A stretch of DNA of 64,000 bases, taken from NCBI GenBank assembly GCA_016219925.1, contig JACRJU010000003.1, positions 22,505 to 86,504 of the forward strand, written 5' to 3'. Below are positions 48,210 through 57,993 of this stretch, piece after piece. The number at the start of each line of letters is the position of its first letter. The stretch's first letter is position 1. The notes under the pieces were generated by a model. It saw only the letters and a list, made by a program, of their open reading frames with translations, did not search any database and was not told where the DNA came from. This stretch comes from Candidatus Uhrbacteria bacterium (GTDB taxonomy: Bacteria; Patescibacteriota; Patescibacteriia; UBA9934; GWF2-40-263). The translations under genes and the position numbers were made by a program.

Positions 48210-49733
48210 TCATAACCAGAAACATTTTGATCCTCCCGTTGGGGTGTGCGTAGCCGGGTCGAGCGTGACTCCCATTTTTTGTCCGAGTTTTTTTAAATCA
48301 AAATTAGGAGGATCAACGTGGGCGCTCGGGGGTTTCGAGAACTCGCAGTGCCCCCTGACGGTGCTGTCATCAATTTTGAATCCGTATTTTTTACTCAATC
48401 CTTGGATCAATTTTGCGATGTTATCGTATTGAGCTTCCGTATAGGTATATTTTTTCCCTTCCATTCCGTAAAAAATATCAATGCCGACGGAGATATTATT
48501 TTCTTTACAGCAATGATTCATGATATGTCCGACATCTGCCAGCTGAAAAATTTTGCCATCTGTTGTAACAGCGAAATGGCTCCCGATCGGGGTTTGTCTT
48601 TTGGAGGGAGCTCGGACAACCCGTTGCCCGTCTTTGGTGCATCCCTCGTAATTGAATTCGCCGGTTTTTTTACTCTGTTTGCATTTCGCAATTTTGCCGT
48701 AGTGGTAATCAGAAAACCACATGTTGAGCATGCCTTTAACGTTCGTGCCAGGAAATCCCAAATGAAGAATCACTATTTTTACGGCCGATGGCGGCCGTTT
48801 TTTGTTCTTCGTGGCGTTGGAGATATTGCAATCAAGCAGACCGACAAATTTTGTATCAATCGTCACCCCACTGAGTGATTCAGCCACGGAGGGAACAGGA
48901 ATGGTACAAGGACGGGGCGGATCTATGTAGCCATCGCCTTCTTTTTCAAGGGGGGGTTTGACAACCGTCAATCCGCTTCGCGATCCTGGTCCAAAAGGGA
49001 GTTTGACCTGTTCTCCTGATGCCGCCACCGGAGCGGGTTCGTCTGATTCGGTCTCAACCGCATCAGAATGGTCTATCGCTTCGTCTAAGGCAATGCCTTC
49101 GATTGAGGGAATGGTAAGGGGCCGTAGGGTTCCGAGTTTGGGATTGACGATTTCAAGGATCGCGGCGGCCGTCATCACGAGGACTAAGCCAGTCAGACCG
49201 TTTTTGATGCGCTGTTTGGCTTTTTCAAGTTGAGAGGGAGCTCCCGCGGAAAGGACCCATTGCACGCCGCCGACCATGACCAACACAATCGCTAAGAAAG
49301 CCGCTATGCCGACAATGTATTGGTAGGTCCCATTAATATATTGCCCCAAAAAATCTATCTGCAGTTCTCCACCCTTTTGTAAAACAGGGGTAAAAGTGAC
49401 CGTGGGGATTTTTACTTGAAGTTTTGGCAATACGATGCCTGTTGCTGGTTTCGTGACAATGGGATTTGCGGCTTCATGAGCTTTGGAACATTCAATGTAG
49501 AGACTTGCGCCAAATTTTGTTGCCGAGTCCGTGAATTGAACACTCTTAAAAATATCTGCGTATTTGCCTTTACAAATGAGTTCGCACTGCGTTTGCGTTG
49601 CTGAATCCTCGACACCAATTGATTGACAATCATTTTTTTCTCCAAAATAGCAGTAACATGCCGGTGCCGCAAAACTCGTGGCGGGAACAAGCCACGTCAC
49701 CAAAAGTCCTGGCAGCAACAACCATTTGAGCAT
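48210..49733 (-). CDS. Paralogous membrane-anchored protein with the same N-terminal 6-Cys domain plus TM hairpin and a C-terminal N-acetylmuramoyl-L-alanine amidase (amidase_2/PGRP-like) domain
   Basis: 507 aa; the N-terminal 200 aa align with the upstream paralog (CYCYFGEKNDC..., VLPKLQVKIP..TFTPV, TM hairpin). The C-terminal region IVILHLG...GSHFAVTTDGKIFQL...NNISVGIDIFYG...TEAQYDNIAKLIQGLSKKYGF...VRGHCEF fits the amidase_2 fold. Confidence 0.6.
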   Translation of the reverse strand: MLKWLLLPGLLVTWLVPATSFAAPACYCYFGEKNDCQSIGVEDSATQTQCELICKGKYADIFKSVQFTDSATKFGASLYIECSKAHEAANPIVTKPATGIVLPKLQVKIPTVTFTPVLQKGGELQIDFLGQYINGTYQYIVGIAAFLAIVLVMVGGVQWVLSAGAPSQLEKAKQRIKNGLTGLVLVMTAAAILEIVNPKLGTLRPLTIPSIEGIALDEAIDHSDAVETESDEPAPVAASGEQVKLPFGPGSRSGLTVVKPPLEKEGDGYIDPPRPCTIPVPSVAESLSGVTIDTKFVGLLDCNISNATKNKKRPPSAVKIVILHLGFPGTNVKGMLNMWFSDYHYGKIAKCKQSKKTGEFNYEGCTKDGQRVVRAPSKRQTPIGSHFAVTTDGKIFQLADVGHIMNHCCKENNISVGIDIFYGMEGKKYTYTEAQYDNIAKLIQGLSKKYGFKIDDSTVRGHCEFSKPPSAHVDPPNFDLKKLGQKMGVTLDPATHTPTGGSKCFWL

Positions 49734-49736
49734 GGA

Positions 49737-50393
49737 TTAAGGTTGAGTGAGTTCCGTTTGAATAATTTGAAGGAGTTCTTCCGATGTGATCGAACCGACA
49801 ATTTTTTGAGAGCCGACAAATAACGTTGGTGTGGCCACGATGCCGAGCGCTCGACCTTCCTGAATATCTTTTTCAACAATGGGCATGGTGTCCTGGTCTG
49901 AAAAACAATTATTGAATCGGTCCATATCCAGTTTCAGCTCGCGGGCGATTTGTAGGTATTGATCCGTTGAGAGAATACTTTGACGAGCCATAAGCGCGTC
50001 ATGATAAGGCCAGAACAGGCCTTGGCGGTCTGCGCAGTGGGCGGCGATGGCGGCGGGAATCGCTTGTTCATGAGCCGACGGGTTTGGCAAGTCTTTCCAG
50101 ACGAGGCGAACTTCGTTTGGATAGGTGTGCAAGGCCACCTGCAAAGCGCTGTCGAGTGTCATGCAATGTTCACACTGGAAATCCGCAAACTCAATCAGGG
50201 TCAACTTCGGGTTTTCAGCGCCTCGACTTGGATTGACGAAAGTGACGCTTGGTTGTGTGATCGGTGTGGAAGTCGCTTCCTGTGCGGCTTTTGATTTTTC
50301 TAAATCAATGGGTTTAATACGCAACGCGAAAAAAACCAGCGTGATCAAGGCCAGAAAGCCGACGAGTAGAAGAGCCAACCAACGATTTCTCAT
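49737..50393 (-). CDS. DsbA-like thiol:disulfide oxidoreductase, membrane-anchored
   Basis: 218 aa; N-terminal TM; thioredoxin-fold CxxC active site (FQCEHC); cis-Pro region (VATPTLFV). Confidence 0.75.
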   Translation of the reverse strand: MRNRWLALLLVGFLALITLVFFALRIKPIDLEKSKAAQEATSTPITQPSVTFVNPSRGAENPKLTLIEFADFQCEHCMTLDSALQVALHTYPNEVRLVWKDLPNPSAHEQAIPAAIAAHCADRQGLFWPYHDALMARQSILSTDQYLQIARELKLDMDRFNNCFSDQDTMPIVEKDIQEGRALGIVATPTLFVGSQKIVGSITSEELLQIIQTELTQP

Positions 50394-50396
50394 ACC

Positions 50397-51647
50397 CTAT
50401 TTCAATTTTAGAGATTCCAGATTCCCTGTTTGTAAATTAGTGAAGTACAAAACGGACTGATCATTTGTGACGAACAATTTTGAAAGGGTTTTCTCTCCAT
50501 TAGGGATCGCGACGAGTGCGGAAGATCCGGAATCTACGTCAATGCGATAAATAGCATCGGGGAAGGTGCCGAACGCTTTTGGCTGAAGGCCGGCATTTGG
50601 CGGAAGGCCTTGCGGCACGGCGCAGTAGACCGTTGCAATACCCGCCCATGCGCATTTGTCGACCCACGTATTGATAGACAGGCTTTTTCGATGATCGCCC
50701 ATGCTTGCGCTTGTTCCGTCAACGATCCAGAGCAAAGGTCGATAATTGCTGTAAGAACCGGAAACCGAATAGAGTAATCGTTTTCCATCAGGCGACCATT
50801 GTGATTGAAACCCAAGCCCTTCAACGATCAGCCCTTTGAAATTTTCATGCTCTTTCCCAATGGGGATGATCATCTTGCGATCGATACTGCCCTGACCTTC
50901 GGCCGTGTCTGAAAAAGCCACAATCTGATCGTTTGGCGACCAATTGACTTGCACTTTTGTTTCATTGTCCCCAAGTTCTTGGATACTTCTGACATTTGAT
51001 CCATCAGCATTGGTGGTGACGAGCCAACGATTATTCGGGTCCAGACCAATACTTTTGGCAGCGATTTGATCCGAAGTCGGAGAAAATTCAAAATCTTTCC
51101 AGTGTTGCGGAAGCGTCACCTGCGTTTCGTTATCGAAATCGTAGACGACATTTGAGCCGTCGGGAAATTCAAGAACCGCTTTTTGCGCGTCTTTGTTCCA
51201 TGCGACATTTTCGACAGAAGGAAATTCTTTATTGGAAAGCGTTGTAACGTTTCCTGTGGCATCAATCCGATAAAATTTTCCATCTGAGTCATTGTAAAAA
51301 TTCACTCCGCTTCCGTCGCCCGAGAGCGTTGCATCCGCCACGGGCGCGGTTGTCAGCTCCGTCGTTTTTGTGATGCCACCTCCGGCCACTTCGGCGGCAG
51401 ATGGAAGGGCTTGTCCGCCGGGCGTAATTTCGCCAGCACCGGGCGTTCGTCCTGTTTGAGAAGGTGTAAGCGCGCCGCCTGTTGGGGCTTGGGCTTGCGG
51501 GGCTTCTGGAGCTGGTGTTTGCGGAGTGGCACGGAAAAAAGCGGCCCAGATGGCGTAGGCGATGACGATGACAGACAGAATAAAGCCGATAACGATCAGG
51601 AGGCGTTTTGTGCGCTCGGACATAGGATTAAGCAGAGATCGCCGCAA
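50397..51647 (-). CDS. TolB-like (PD40/WD40-like beta-propeller) protein with N-terminal membrane anchor
   Basis: 416 aa; TM anchor, a Pro/Gly-rich linker, then repeated PD40-like blades (WSPDGKRLLYS, WSPNDQIVAFSD, VTTNADGSNVR). Confidence 0.55.
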   Translation of the reverse strand: MRRSLLNPMSERTKRLLIVIGFILSVIVIAYAIWAAFFRATPQTPAPEAPQAQAPTGGALTPSQTGRTPGAGEITPGGQALPSAAEVAGGGITKTTELTTAPVADATLSGDGSGVNFYNDSDGKFYRIDATGNVTTLSNKEFPSVENVAWNKDAQKAVLEFPDGSNVVYDFDNETQVTLPQHWKDFEFSPTSDQIAAKSIGLDPNNRWLVTTNADGSNVRSIQELGDNETKVQVNWSPNDQIVAFSDTAEGQGSIDRKMIIPIGKEHENFKGLIVEGLGFQSQWSPDGKRLLYSVSGSYSNYRPLLWIVDGTSASMGDHRKSLSINTWVDKCAWAGIATVYCAVPQGLPPNAGLQPKAFGTFPDAIYRIDVDSGSSALVAIPNGEKTLSKLFVTNDQSVLYFTNLQTGNLESLKLK

Positions 51648-52566
51648 TAACGATGGCGATCAGGATAAAAGGAAGCATCGAGACGAGAATCATGATCAGA
51701 TCCGTTGCGAGCAGGACAATCATTGGACCAATGGCGTTCGTTCCATCATTTTTAGGGAATGGCATGGGAATGGGATCCCATGTCAATGGACCGATAATTT
51801 TGTGTTTGCCTTTTGTGACCCATCCTCCATAAACCATTTCAATATTGTACCACCCGAGAGTGATAAACCGAATAACAAACGTCACCAAGAAAGCCACGCC
51901 GCCTGTTCCGAGTTCCAAAGCTCCGGCGATGGAGTTCGCGATAAACAAGGCTGCTTTCGGAATGACTTTTTTGGCCGCGGCTTTTGCGATATCTTGGGAC
52001 GGTTTTGCTTCTTCCGGAGTGGCCGCCTGCATGGCATGGAACTGACGAAGCGCAGAAGTTGCGGCTTTGAATTTTGTGGCGGCGCTCGCTTGCTGACTTA
52101 AGGCTAGTTGTCCCGTTAGTCTTTTCATTTGATCAATGGGATCCTCTTCTTCCTCTTCTTGTTCATCGTTTTCCTGTTCTTCTTCCTTCTCATGCTCTTC
52201 TTCTTTTCTCTGCTTATCGTTTTTTTGCCTGGGATCTTTTGTATTGGTCTTATCTTGTCCGTTTCGGAATGCACGTTGTTGGAGTTGTGCGGAGTTGTTT
52301 GAACGTAATTGGAATTGTTGTCCTTGTAAACGCGCTCGTTGCAGTTCGCTACGCATGTCACCCGTTTTTCTTGCTGCTTTCTGTGTTGTTTGACTCACGG
52401 CGCGACCCGCTCTGGAACCTGCGCGTCCAACAGCGCGACCCGCTCGTGCGCCACCTCGCCCGGCCGCCCGCCCCGCGCCCACGGCCGCCCGTCCAACGCT
52501 AACAACAGCTCGTCCTGCGACAGCTGCTCCGCGAGCGGCTCCTGTTGCAATAGCGGCTAACACCAT
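51628..52566 (-). CDS. Hypothetical protein: Gly/Arg/Ala-rich low-complexity N-terminus, highly acidic E-rich segment, C-terminal TM helices
   Basis: 312 aa; GRAAGRGGARAGRAVGRAGSRAGRAV repeats; EEEHEKEEEQENDEQEEEEED; two C-terminal hydrophobic helices. Overlaps the TolB-like gene by 20 nt. Confidence 0.4.
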   Translation of the reverse strand: MVLAAIATGAARGAAVAGRAVVSVGRAAVGAGRAAGRGGARAGRAVGRAGSRAGRAVSQTTQKAARKTGDMRSELQRARLQGQQFQLRSNNSAQLQQRAFRNGQDKTNTKDPRQKNDKQRKEEEHEKEEEQENDEQEEEEEDPIDQMKRLTGQLALSQQASAATKFKAATSALRQFHAMQAATPEEAKPSQDIAKAAAKKVIPKAALFIANSIAGALELGTGGVAFLVTFVIRFITLGWYNIEMVYGGWVTKGKHKIIGPLTWDPIPMPFPKNDGTNAIGPMIVLLATDLIMILVSMLPFILIAIVIAAISA

Positions 52567-52571
52567 ACCTC

Positions 52572-55046
52572 CTACTCTTTTGTGACCTTAATAATTGTAT
52601 TGTGCACACTCACGCGCAATCGTGATGGGCGATCTTTTTTAGACAAGCGTTCCGCAATTTTTGTTTCGACCTCCTGTTGGATTTTTTGACGGACACTGCG
52701 TGCGCCGAGCTTTTTATCAAGACTCAAGGCCAGATGTTGACTCACGTTCGGTTGCCAGCGCACGCAAAGTTGATGGCTGGCATTCAAACGTTCGACCAGT
52801 TCATTCAATTCTTTTTCGACGATCCGTTGAAGCGCTTCGGTACTCAAGGCATCAAAGACGCAGATGTGGTCCATGCGGTTGATAAGTTCCGGACGGAATC
52901 GTTCCTCAAGTTCCTTTCGGATGTCCTGTGTGCGTTCACTTTTTTGTGTTTCCAACGATTGGGCAAAACCGATGCCTCCGTGTTCAAAGCGTTCCAGCCC
53001 GATGTTTGTCGTTAAAATGACGATCGTATTTTTGAAGCTGACCATTTTACCCGTTGCATCGGTAAGCTCGCCTTCCTCGAGAATTTGCAGAAGGAGATTT
53101 TGAACGTCCGGATGAGCTTTTTCTAATTCATCAAAGAGCACCACGCTGTACGGCCGCTGTTTTACGCGGTCGCTTAAGTTGGATTGATCCTTGTAGCCGA
53201 CATATCCCGCGGGAGAACCGATGAGTTTGGAGATCGTAAAACCTTCCGCATATTCGGACATGTCCAGCCGGATAAAGTTTTTTGGATTATAAAAAAACGT
53301 GCGTGCCACGGCTTTCGCGAGTTCAGTTTTGCCGACGCCTGATGGACCGATAAACAATAATGAAGAAAGAGGACGTTTGGGATGGGACAGTCCGGATTTG
53401 GCTCGCGCAAGAGCGCTGGCCACTTGGCTCACCACTTCGTCTTGACCAATGATGCCAGTTTGAAGGGCGCGGGCTAGGTCATCGGCCGAGGCACTCGTTT
53501 GGTGGGTGAGTTCATGGATCGGGATCCCGGTCATGCGCGAAATGACGCGCGCGATGTCCACGCCGTCAATGCTAAACAAAGGGGCCGTCGTTTCTTTTTT
53601 GGTATGAGAGATCGAAGAACGAACCTGCTCCTCTTTTTCTTTAAGCACAGAGGCTTCTTGGAAACGTTCTTCAACGACCGCTTGTCGTTTGGCTTCTCGC
53701 ACGCGCGCGAGTTCTTGCTCAAGGGATCGGTGCTGTTGTGCCGCGTCGTTTTGTCCCCGTTCCATTTTAGCCGCCGCCGCCGCTTCATCCATGAGATCGA
53801 TCGCTTTGTCGGGGAGCTGTCGATCTGGCACATACCGCGAGGAAAGGGCAACCGCTTGTGCAATCGCATCAGGCAAGATACGAACCTGGTGGAAATTTTC
53901 GTAATACGGAGCCAGCCCTTGCAAGATCGTCACACTGTCCGCTTGTGAAGGCTCATCGACCAGGATGGATTGAAAACGGCGTTCGAGCGCACTGTCTGAC
54001 TCGATCTGTTTTTTGCATTCTTCAGGAGTGGTGGCGCCGATACAACGAATATCGCCTCGCGCGAGGGCGGGCTTGAGAATGTTGGCGGCATCGAGCGAGC
54101 CGGAGGCGGCTCCCGCTCCAACGATCGTATGGATTTCATCAATAAACAAAATCACGTCTTCATGTTTTTTGATTTCATCAACAATTTGCCGTAATCGTCC
54201 TTCAAATTCGCCTCTGTACATCGTTCCGGCAATCAAGAGCGCGAGATCAAGCGCAAAGATTTTTTTGTCTTGAAGAATTTCAGGCACCGTTCCCTCGACG
54301 ATGCGTTTGGCTAGTCCTTCGACGATCGCGGTTTTGCCCACGCCTGGCGCACCCACCAAAAGCGGATTATTTTTGGTGCGACGGCATAAAATTTGCATCA
54401 GACGTTCGATTTCTCCGTCCCGTCCGATGACCGGGTCAATGGTTTTTTGAGAAGTGGTGCTGGTGAGTTCTCGCGCAAAGTATTCAAGGGCAGGCATTTT
54501 ATCATTCTCTTCTTCCAACATGACCGCCTGCGCGGTAGCCTCAAGATTCGTTCCATTTGAAATGGCGCCCGTAAGTTCTGGAAATTTTGAAGTGCTCTTG
54601 AGGACGATCGAGAGTTGTTGGCGGAGTTCTTTGAGATCTGTTTTTTGTTTTTCGAAAAATTGGTCGATCAGAGGCGTGTTCACTTGAAGGATACCCGAGA
54701 GCAAATGTTCGGTGCCCACAAAGCGATGACCGTAGATGTTTGCCGTCAGGACGGCTTTTTCCACGATGCGCTTGGCGTCGTTTGAGAGATGAAGCGTTGC
54801 GTTTGCGGCCTCGGTTGGGTTCATCCTGAAAGAAGCGGTTGCCCCGACAAGGACACGTAAGTCTCCTTGTTTTACGCCGACTTTTTTGAGAATCTCCCCG
54901 CCTATACATCCCTTTTGTGTGCCCAAAGCCCATAGAAGATGATGCGCTTCAATGGTTGGATCGTTTAGTTCAACCACAAAACACAACGCGCGCGTGAGGA
55001 CGTTTTTGAGATGCGTGGAAAACTTGTCGACAATATCGTGGGACAT
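52572..55046 (-). CDS. clpC: Clp/Hsp100 AAA+ chaperone ClpC (ATP-dependent Clp protease ATP-binding subunit)
   Basis: 824 aa; Clp_N repeats, two AAA+ modules (GAPGVGKT; GPSGVGKT), a short UVR-like linker ([30 protein letters not shown]) rather than the long ClpB middle domain. Confidence 0.85.
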   Translation of the reverse strand: MSHDIVDKFSTHLKNVLTRALCFVVELNDPTIEAHHLLWALGTQKGCIGGEILKKVGVKQGDLRVLVGATASFRMNPTEAANATLHLSNDAKRIVEKAVLTANIYGHRFVGTEHLLSGILQVNTPLIDQFFEKQKTDLKELRQQLSIVLKSTSKFPELTGAISNGTNLEATAQAVMLEEENDKMPALEYFARELTSTTSQKTIDPVIGRDGEIERLMQILCRRTKNNPLLVGAPGVGKTAIVEGLAKRIVEGTVPEILQDKKIFALDLALLIAGTMYRGEFEGRLRQIVDEIKKHEDVILFIDEIHTIVGAGAASGSLDAANILKPALARGDIRCIGATTPEECKKQIESDSALERRFQSILVDEPSQADSVTILQGLAPYYENFHQVRILPDAIAQAVALSSRYVPDRQLPDKAIDLMDEAAAAAKMERGQNDAAQQHRSLEQELARVREAKRQAVVEERFQEASVLKEKEEQVRSSISHTKKETTAPLFSIDGVDIARVISRMTGIPIHELTHQTSASADDLARALQTGIIGQDEVVSQVASALARAKSGLSHPKRPLSSLLFIGPSGVGKTELAKAVARTFFYNPKNFIRLDMSEYAEGFTISKLIGSPAGYVGYKDQSNLSDRVKQRPYSVVLFDELEKAHPDVQNLLLQILEEGELTDATGKMVSFKNTIVILTTNIGLERFEHGGIGFAQSLETQKSERTQDIRKELEERFRPELINRMDHICVFDALSTEALQRIVEKELNELVERLNASHQLCVRWQPNVSQHLALSLDKKLGARSVRQKIQQEVETKIAERLSKKDRPSRLRVSVHNTIIKVTKE

Positions 55047-55061
55047 GGGGGAAAGGAGATT

Positions 55062-55955
55062 CTAGCTACCAGCTTCTTTTAGTTTCCTAATTCTTTCTTC
55101 AATCGGTGGATGTGTACTGAAAAGCTGTTCGAATTTTTTGGTGACATGCGGATCAAACGGGTTTGCGAGATAGAGGTGTGCGGTTGCGTGATTGGGACGT
55201 TTGAGTGGTTGATCCATTTTTGCGATTTTTTCAAGCGCGCGCGCAAGGCCGTCTGGATATCGGGTTAACAGCACGCCGGAAGCATCCGCCAGGTATTCGC
55301 GCGAGCGAGAAACCGCGAGCTTGATGAGTTGGGCGAATAGGGGAGAGAGCAAAGCGAGAACGAGACCGATCAAGAAGAGGACACCTGCACTGGATTCGCG
55401 GTCGCTATTTTTGCGATTGCCCCCGTAAAAAACCGCGCGCGTCATCCAGTCTGAAAAGAGCAGAACGACTCCTACAAGGACGACAACGAGGGTCATCACG
55501 CGGACGTCGTAGTTTTTCACATGCGAGAGTTCATGAGCCAGCACCCCTTCAAGCTCGGCTTTCTCCATGATATGAAGCAAGCCAGTCGTCACCGCCACAG
55601 AGGCATGCTCTGGATCGCGACCAGTCGCGAAGGCGTTGGGCGATGGATCGTCGATGAGATAAACTTTTGGCGTCGGCAGACCATCTGCTATGCACAGATT
55701 TTCGATGAGGCGATACAATTCCGGGGCATCTTGTTTGTGCACTTCTTTTGCTCCCGAGACCGCGAGAGCCACTTTATCGCCGCGATAGTATCCGATGAGC
55801 GTCATGAGAGTCGCAATGATGGCCGCCAGAACAATCCCCGAAGTTTCGTTGCCCATCCAAGCCCCGAACGTCCACCCAAGCGCAAGGATAATAAGCGTAA
55901 ACAGGAAGATGAGAAACCAGGTCTTGCGTTTGTTCGCGGTGATCTGGGAGTACAT
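55062..55955 (-). CDS. htpX: Zinc metalloprotease HtpX (M48 family)
   Basis: 297 aa; HELSHV zinc-binding motif; four TM segments; heat-shock protease family. Confidence 0.9.
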   Translation of the reverse strand: MYSQITANKRKTWFLIFLFTLIILALGWTFGAWMGNETSGIVLAAIIATLMTLIGYYRGDKVALAVSGAKEVHKQDAPELYRLIENLCIADGLPTPKVYLIDDPSPNAFATGRDPEHASVAVTTGLLHIMEKAELEGVLAHELSHVKNYDVRVMTLVVVLVGVVLLFSDWMTRAVFYGGNRKNSDRESSAGVLFLIGLVLALLSPLFAQLIKLAVSRSREYLADASGVLLTRYPDGLARALEKIAKMDQPLKRPNHATAHLYLANPFDPHVTKKFEQLFSTHPPIEERIRKLKEAGS

Positions 55956-55974
55956 AAGTCACGCCCTGTTCTGT

Positions 55975-56526
55975 TTAAAACTTCACCTCCGGTTTTTCCA
56001 ATTCCACATCAGGTGCATCGAAAAACTCACGGCGCGTAAACCCAAACGTTCCGGCAATGAGATTGGTGGGGAACACTTCGAGTTTAATGTTGTAGTCGCG
56101 GGCGTTGGCATTGTAGAAGCGGCGTGCGGCCTGGATTTTATCTTCAGCGTCGGTGAGCTCATGTTGAAGTTGCAAAAAGTTTTCCGATGCTTGCAGTTGC
56201 GGATAGCTTTCCGCGACCGCGAAAAGCGACTTCAATGTTTCAGACAGTACATTTTCTGCGCGCGCATGATCTTTCATGCTGTGCGCGCCCATCGCGGCCG
56301 CACGTGCTTCGGTCACTTTGGTGAACACCCCCTCTTCATGTTTGGCGTATCCCTTTACCGTATTCACGATGTTCGGGATAAGATCGTAGCGACGCTTGAG
56401 CTGAACCTCAATATCCGACCAAGCCTCCTCGGTGTGGTTCCTTGAAGAAACCAAGCCGTTATATGTTAGAATGAGCCACAGAACAATAACGACCAGAACA
56501 ATAAGAATGATCCAGGTAGGTTCCAT
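55975..56526 (-). CDS. lemA: LemA family protein
   Basis: 183 aa; N-terminal TM followed by the LemA domain (RRYDLIPN...FNANARDYN). Confidence 0.85.
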   Translation of the reverse strand: MEPTWIILIVLVVIVLWLILTYNGLVSSRNHTEEAWSDIEVQLKRRYDLIPNIVNTVKGYAKHEEGVFTKVTEARAAAMGAHSMKDHARAENVLSETLKSLFAVAESYPQLQASENFLQLQHELTDAEDKIQAARRFYNANARDYNIKLEVFPTNLIAGTFGFTRREFFDAPDVELEKPEVKF

Positions 56527-56593
56527 ACGAGTATAAGTTTATAAGCTCAGTATAGAGAAAAATACCTCAAGAAGCAAGAAAAAAACAAAGAAT

Positions 56594-57958
56594 ATGGCCT
56601 TTCCAAAGCATATCTTCAAAAAATATGATATTCGTGGGCTTGTGGATGTTGAGATAACGGATGAACTGGCTGAGCAAATCGGCTTGGCGTTTGCCGTTTT
56701 TCGAGCTCGAGAGCTTCCACAGCCTTCTTTTGTGTGCGCCGTTGGGCGGGATATGCGCAAGAGCTCGGTTCACTTGCAAGAGGCTCTGATGCGCGGGCTT
56801 GTTGAGCAAGGGGTTCACGTGCTTGATGTTGGATTGGTTTCTACGCCGGCGTTTTATTTTTCCGTTGGCCATCTGAAAGCCGATGCGGGTATCATGGTGT
56901 CTGCGTCGCATAATCCCGCGGCGTATAATGGATTCAAACTTACGCGTGAGATGGCGGTGCCTGTCAGTGGAGATACCGGGATTTTGGAGATCGGGGAAAT
57001 GGTCGAGAAAGGACAAAAAGGGCAGAAAGGACAGAAAGGGGAGATCAAAAAAATAGATGGGATTCCGCAAGCGGCGGCGCAAGCGGAGTTTGTGTATGCG
57101 GGTAAGCACCCCATCAAACGGCTCAAGATTGTTGCGGATGCGGCAAATGGGATGGGCGCACAATATCTGGATGAGTTGTTTAAAATGATTGACGCGGATG
57201 TGACGCGGATGTTTTGGGAGTTCGATGGATCGTTTCCCAATCACGAGGCCGATCCTTTCAAAGAGGAAAATACGACGGCTTTGCAAGCGAAGGTGCGCGA
57301 GTTGGGTGCAGATCTTGGCATCGCGACTGACGGGGACGGTGATCGGATTTTTTTTGTGGATGATACGGGCGCGCGCGTTGAACCTTCTGTCGTGCGCGGA
57401 CTTCTCGCGCAGATCGTTTTGCGTACGCACCCCGGCGCGACCATCTGTTATGACGTTCGTCCAGGTAAGATTACTCCAGACATGATCGTGGAAGCTGGCG
57501 GGACACCCTCGGTGACGCGTGTAGGTCATTCGCTTATTAAAGAACAAATGCGTCGCGTGGGTGCTCCGTTTGGCGGGGAGTCGTCTGGGCATTTTTTTTA
57601 TGCCTTTCCTACCGGGGTATATGAGGGACCTGTTACGGTAGCTGCGCAGATCCTTCAAGAAATGACGCGTCGTGGTCAAACACTTTCACAGATCGTTGGG
57701 CCTCTTTGTGCGCGTTATGCTCATTCTGGAGAACTGAATTTTGAGGTCCAAGATAAAGAGGCGGTTTTAGCGCGCCTTAAAGAGCGTTACGCCGATGGGG
57801 ATCTCAATGAACTCGATGGCATCTCAATTACCTATCCCCATTTTTGGTTCAATGTTCGAGGATCAAATACGGAGCCAAAATTGCGACTGAATCTCGAAGC
57901 GATAGATAAAAAGACGATGGAGGAGAAGAGAGATGAGATTAAAAAAATAATTTTGTGA
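56594..57958 (+). CDS. Phosphomannomutase/phosphoglucomutase (alpha-D-phosphohexomutase)
   Basis: 454 aa; active-site SASHNPAAYNGFK; metal-binding DGDGDR; contains an in-frame (GQK)3 insertion. Confidence 0.85.
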   Translation: MAFPKHIFKKYDIRGLVDVEITDELAEQIGLAFAVFRARELPQPSFVCAVGRDMRKSSVHLQEALMRGLVEQGVHVLDVGLVSTPAFYFSVGHLKADAGIMVSASHNPAAYNGFKLTREMAVPVSGDTGILEIGEMVEKGQKGQKGQKGEIKKIDGIPQAAAQAEFVYAGKHPIKRLKIVADAANGMGAQYLDELFKMIDADVTRMFWEFDGSFPNHEADPFKEENTTALQAKVRELGADLGIATDGDGDRIFFVDDTGARVEPSVVRGLLAQIVLRTHPGATICYDVRPGKITPDMIVEAGGTPSVTRVGHSLIKEQMRRVGAPFGGESSGHFFYAFPTGVYEGPVTVAAQILQEMTRRGQTLSQIVGPLCARYAHSGELNFEVQDKEAVLARLKERYADGDLNELDGISITYPHFWFNVRGSNTEPKLRLNLEAIDKKTMEEKRDEIKKIIL

Positions 57959-57960
57959 GA

Positions 57961-57990
57961 TCCTTCGCTGGCGCTCAGGATGACAAAAAA
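57961..57990. repeat. Solo right-arm copy of the palindromic-repeat family (GATCCTTCGCTGGCGCTCAGGATGACA)
   Basis: Matches GGATCCTTCGCTTCGCTCAGGATGACAG of the elements at 22.2-22.9 kb; lies between the phosphohexomutase stop and the tyrS start. Confidence 0.5.
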
Positions 57991-57993
57991 TTT

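Noticed and set aside
55521-56445. Two + strand ORFs of 172 and 216 aa
   Set aside because: Antisense to htpX and lemA, which have unambiguous motifs.
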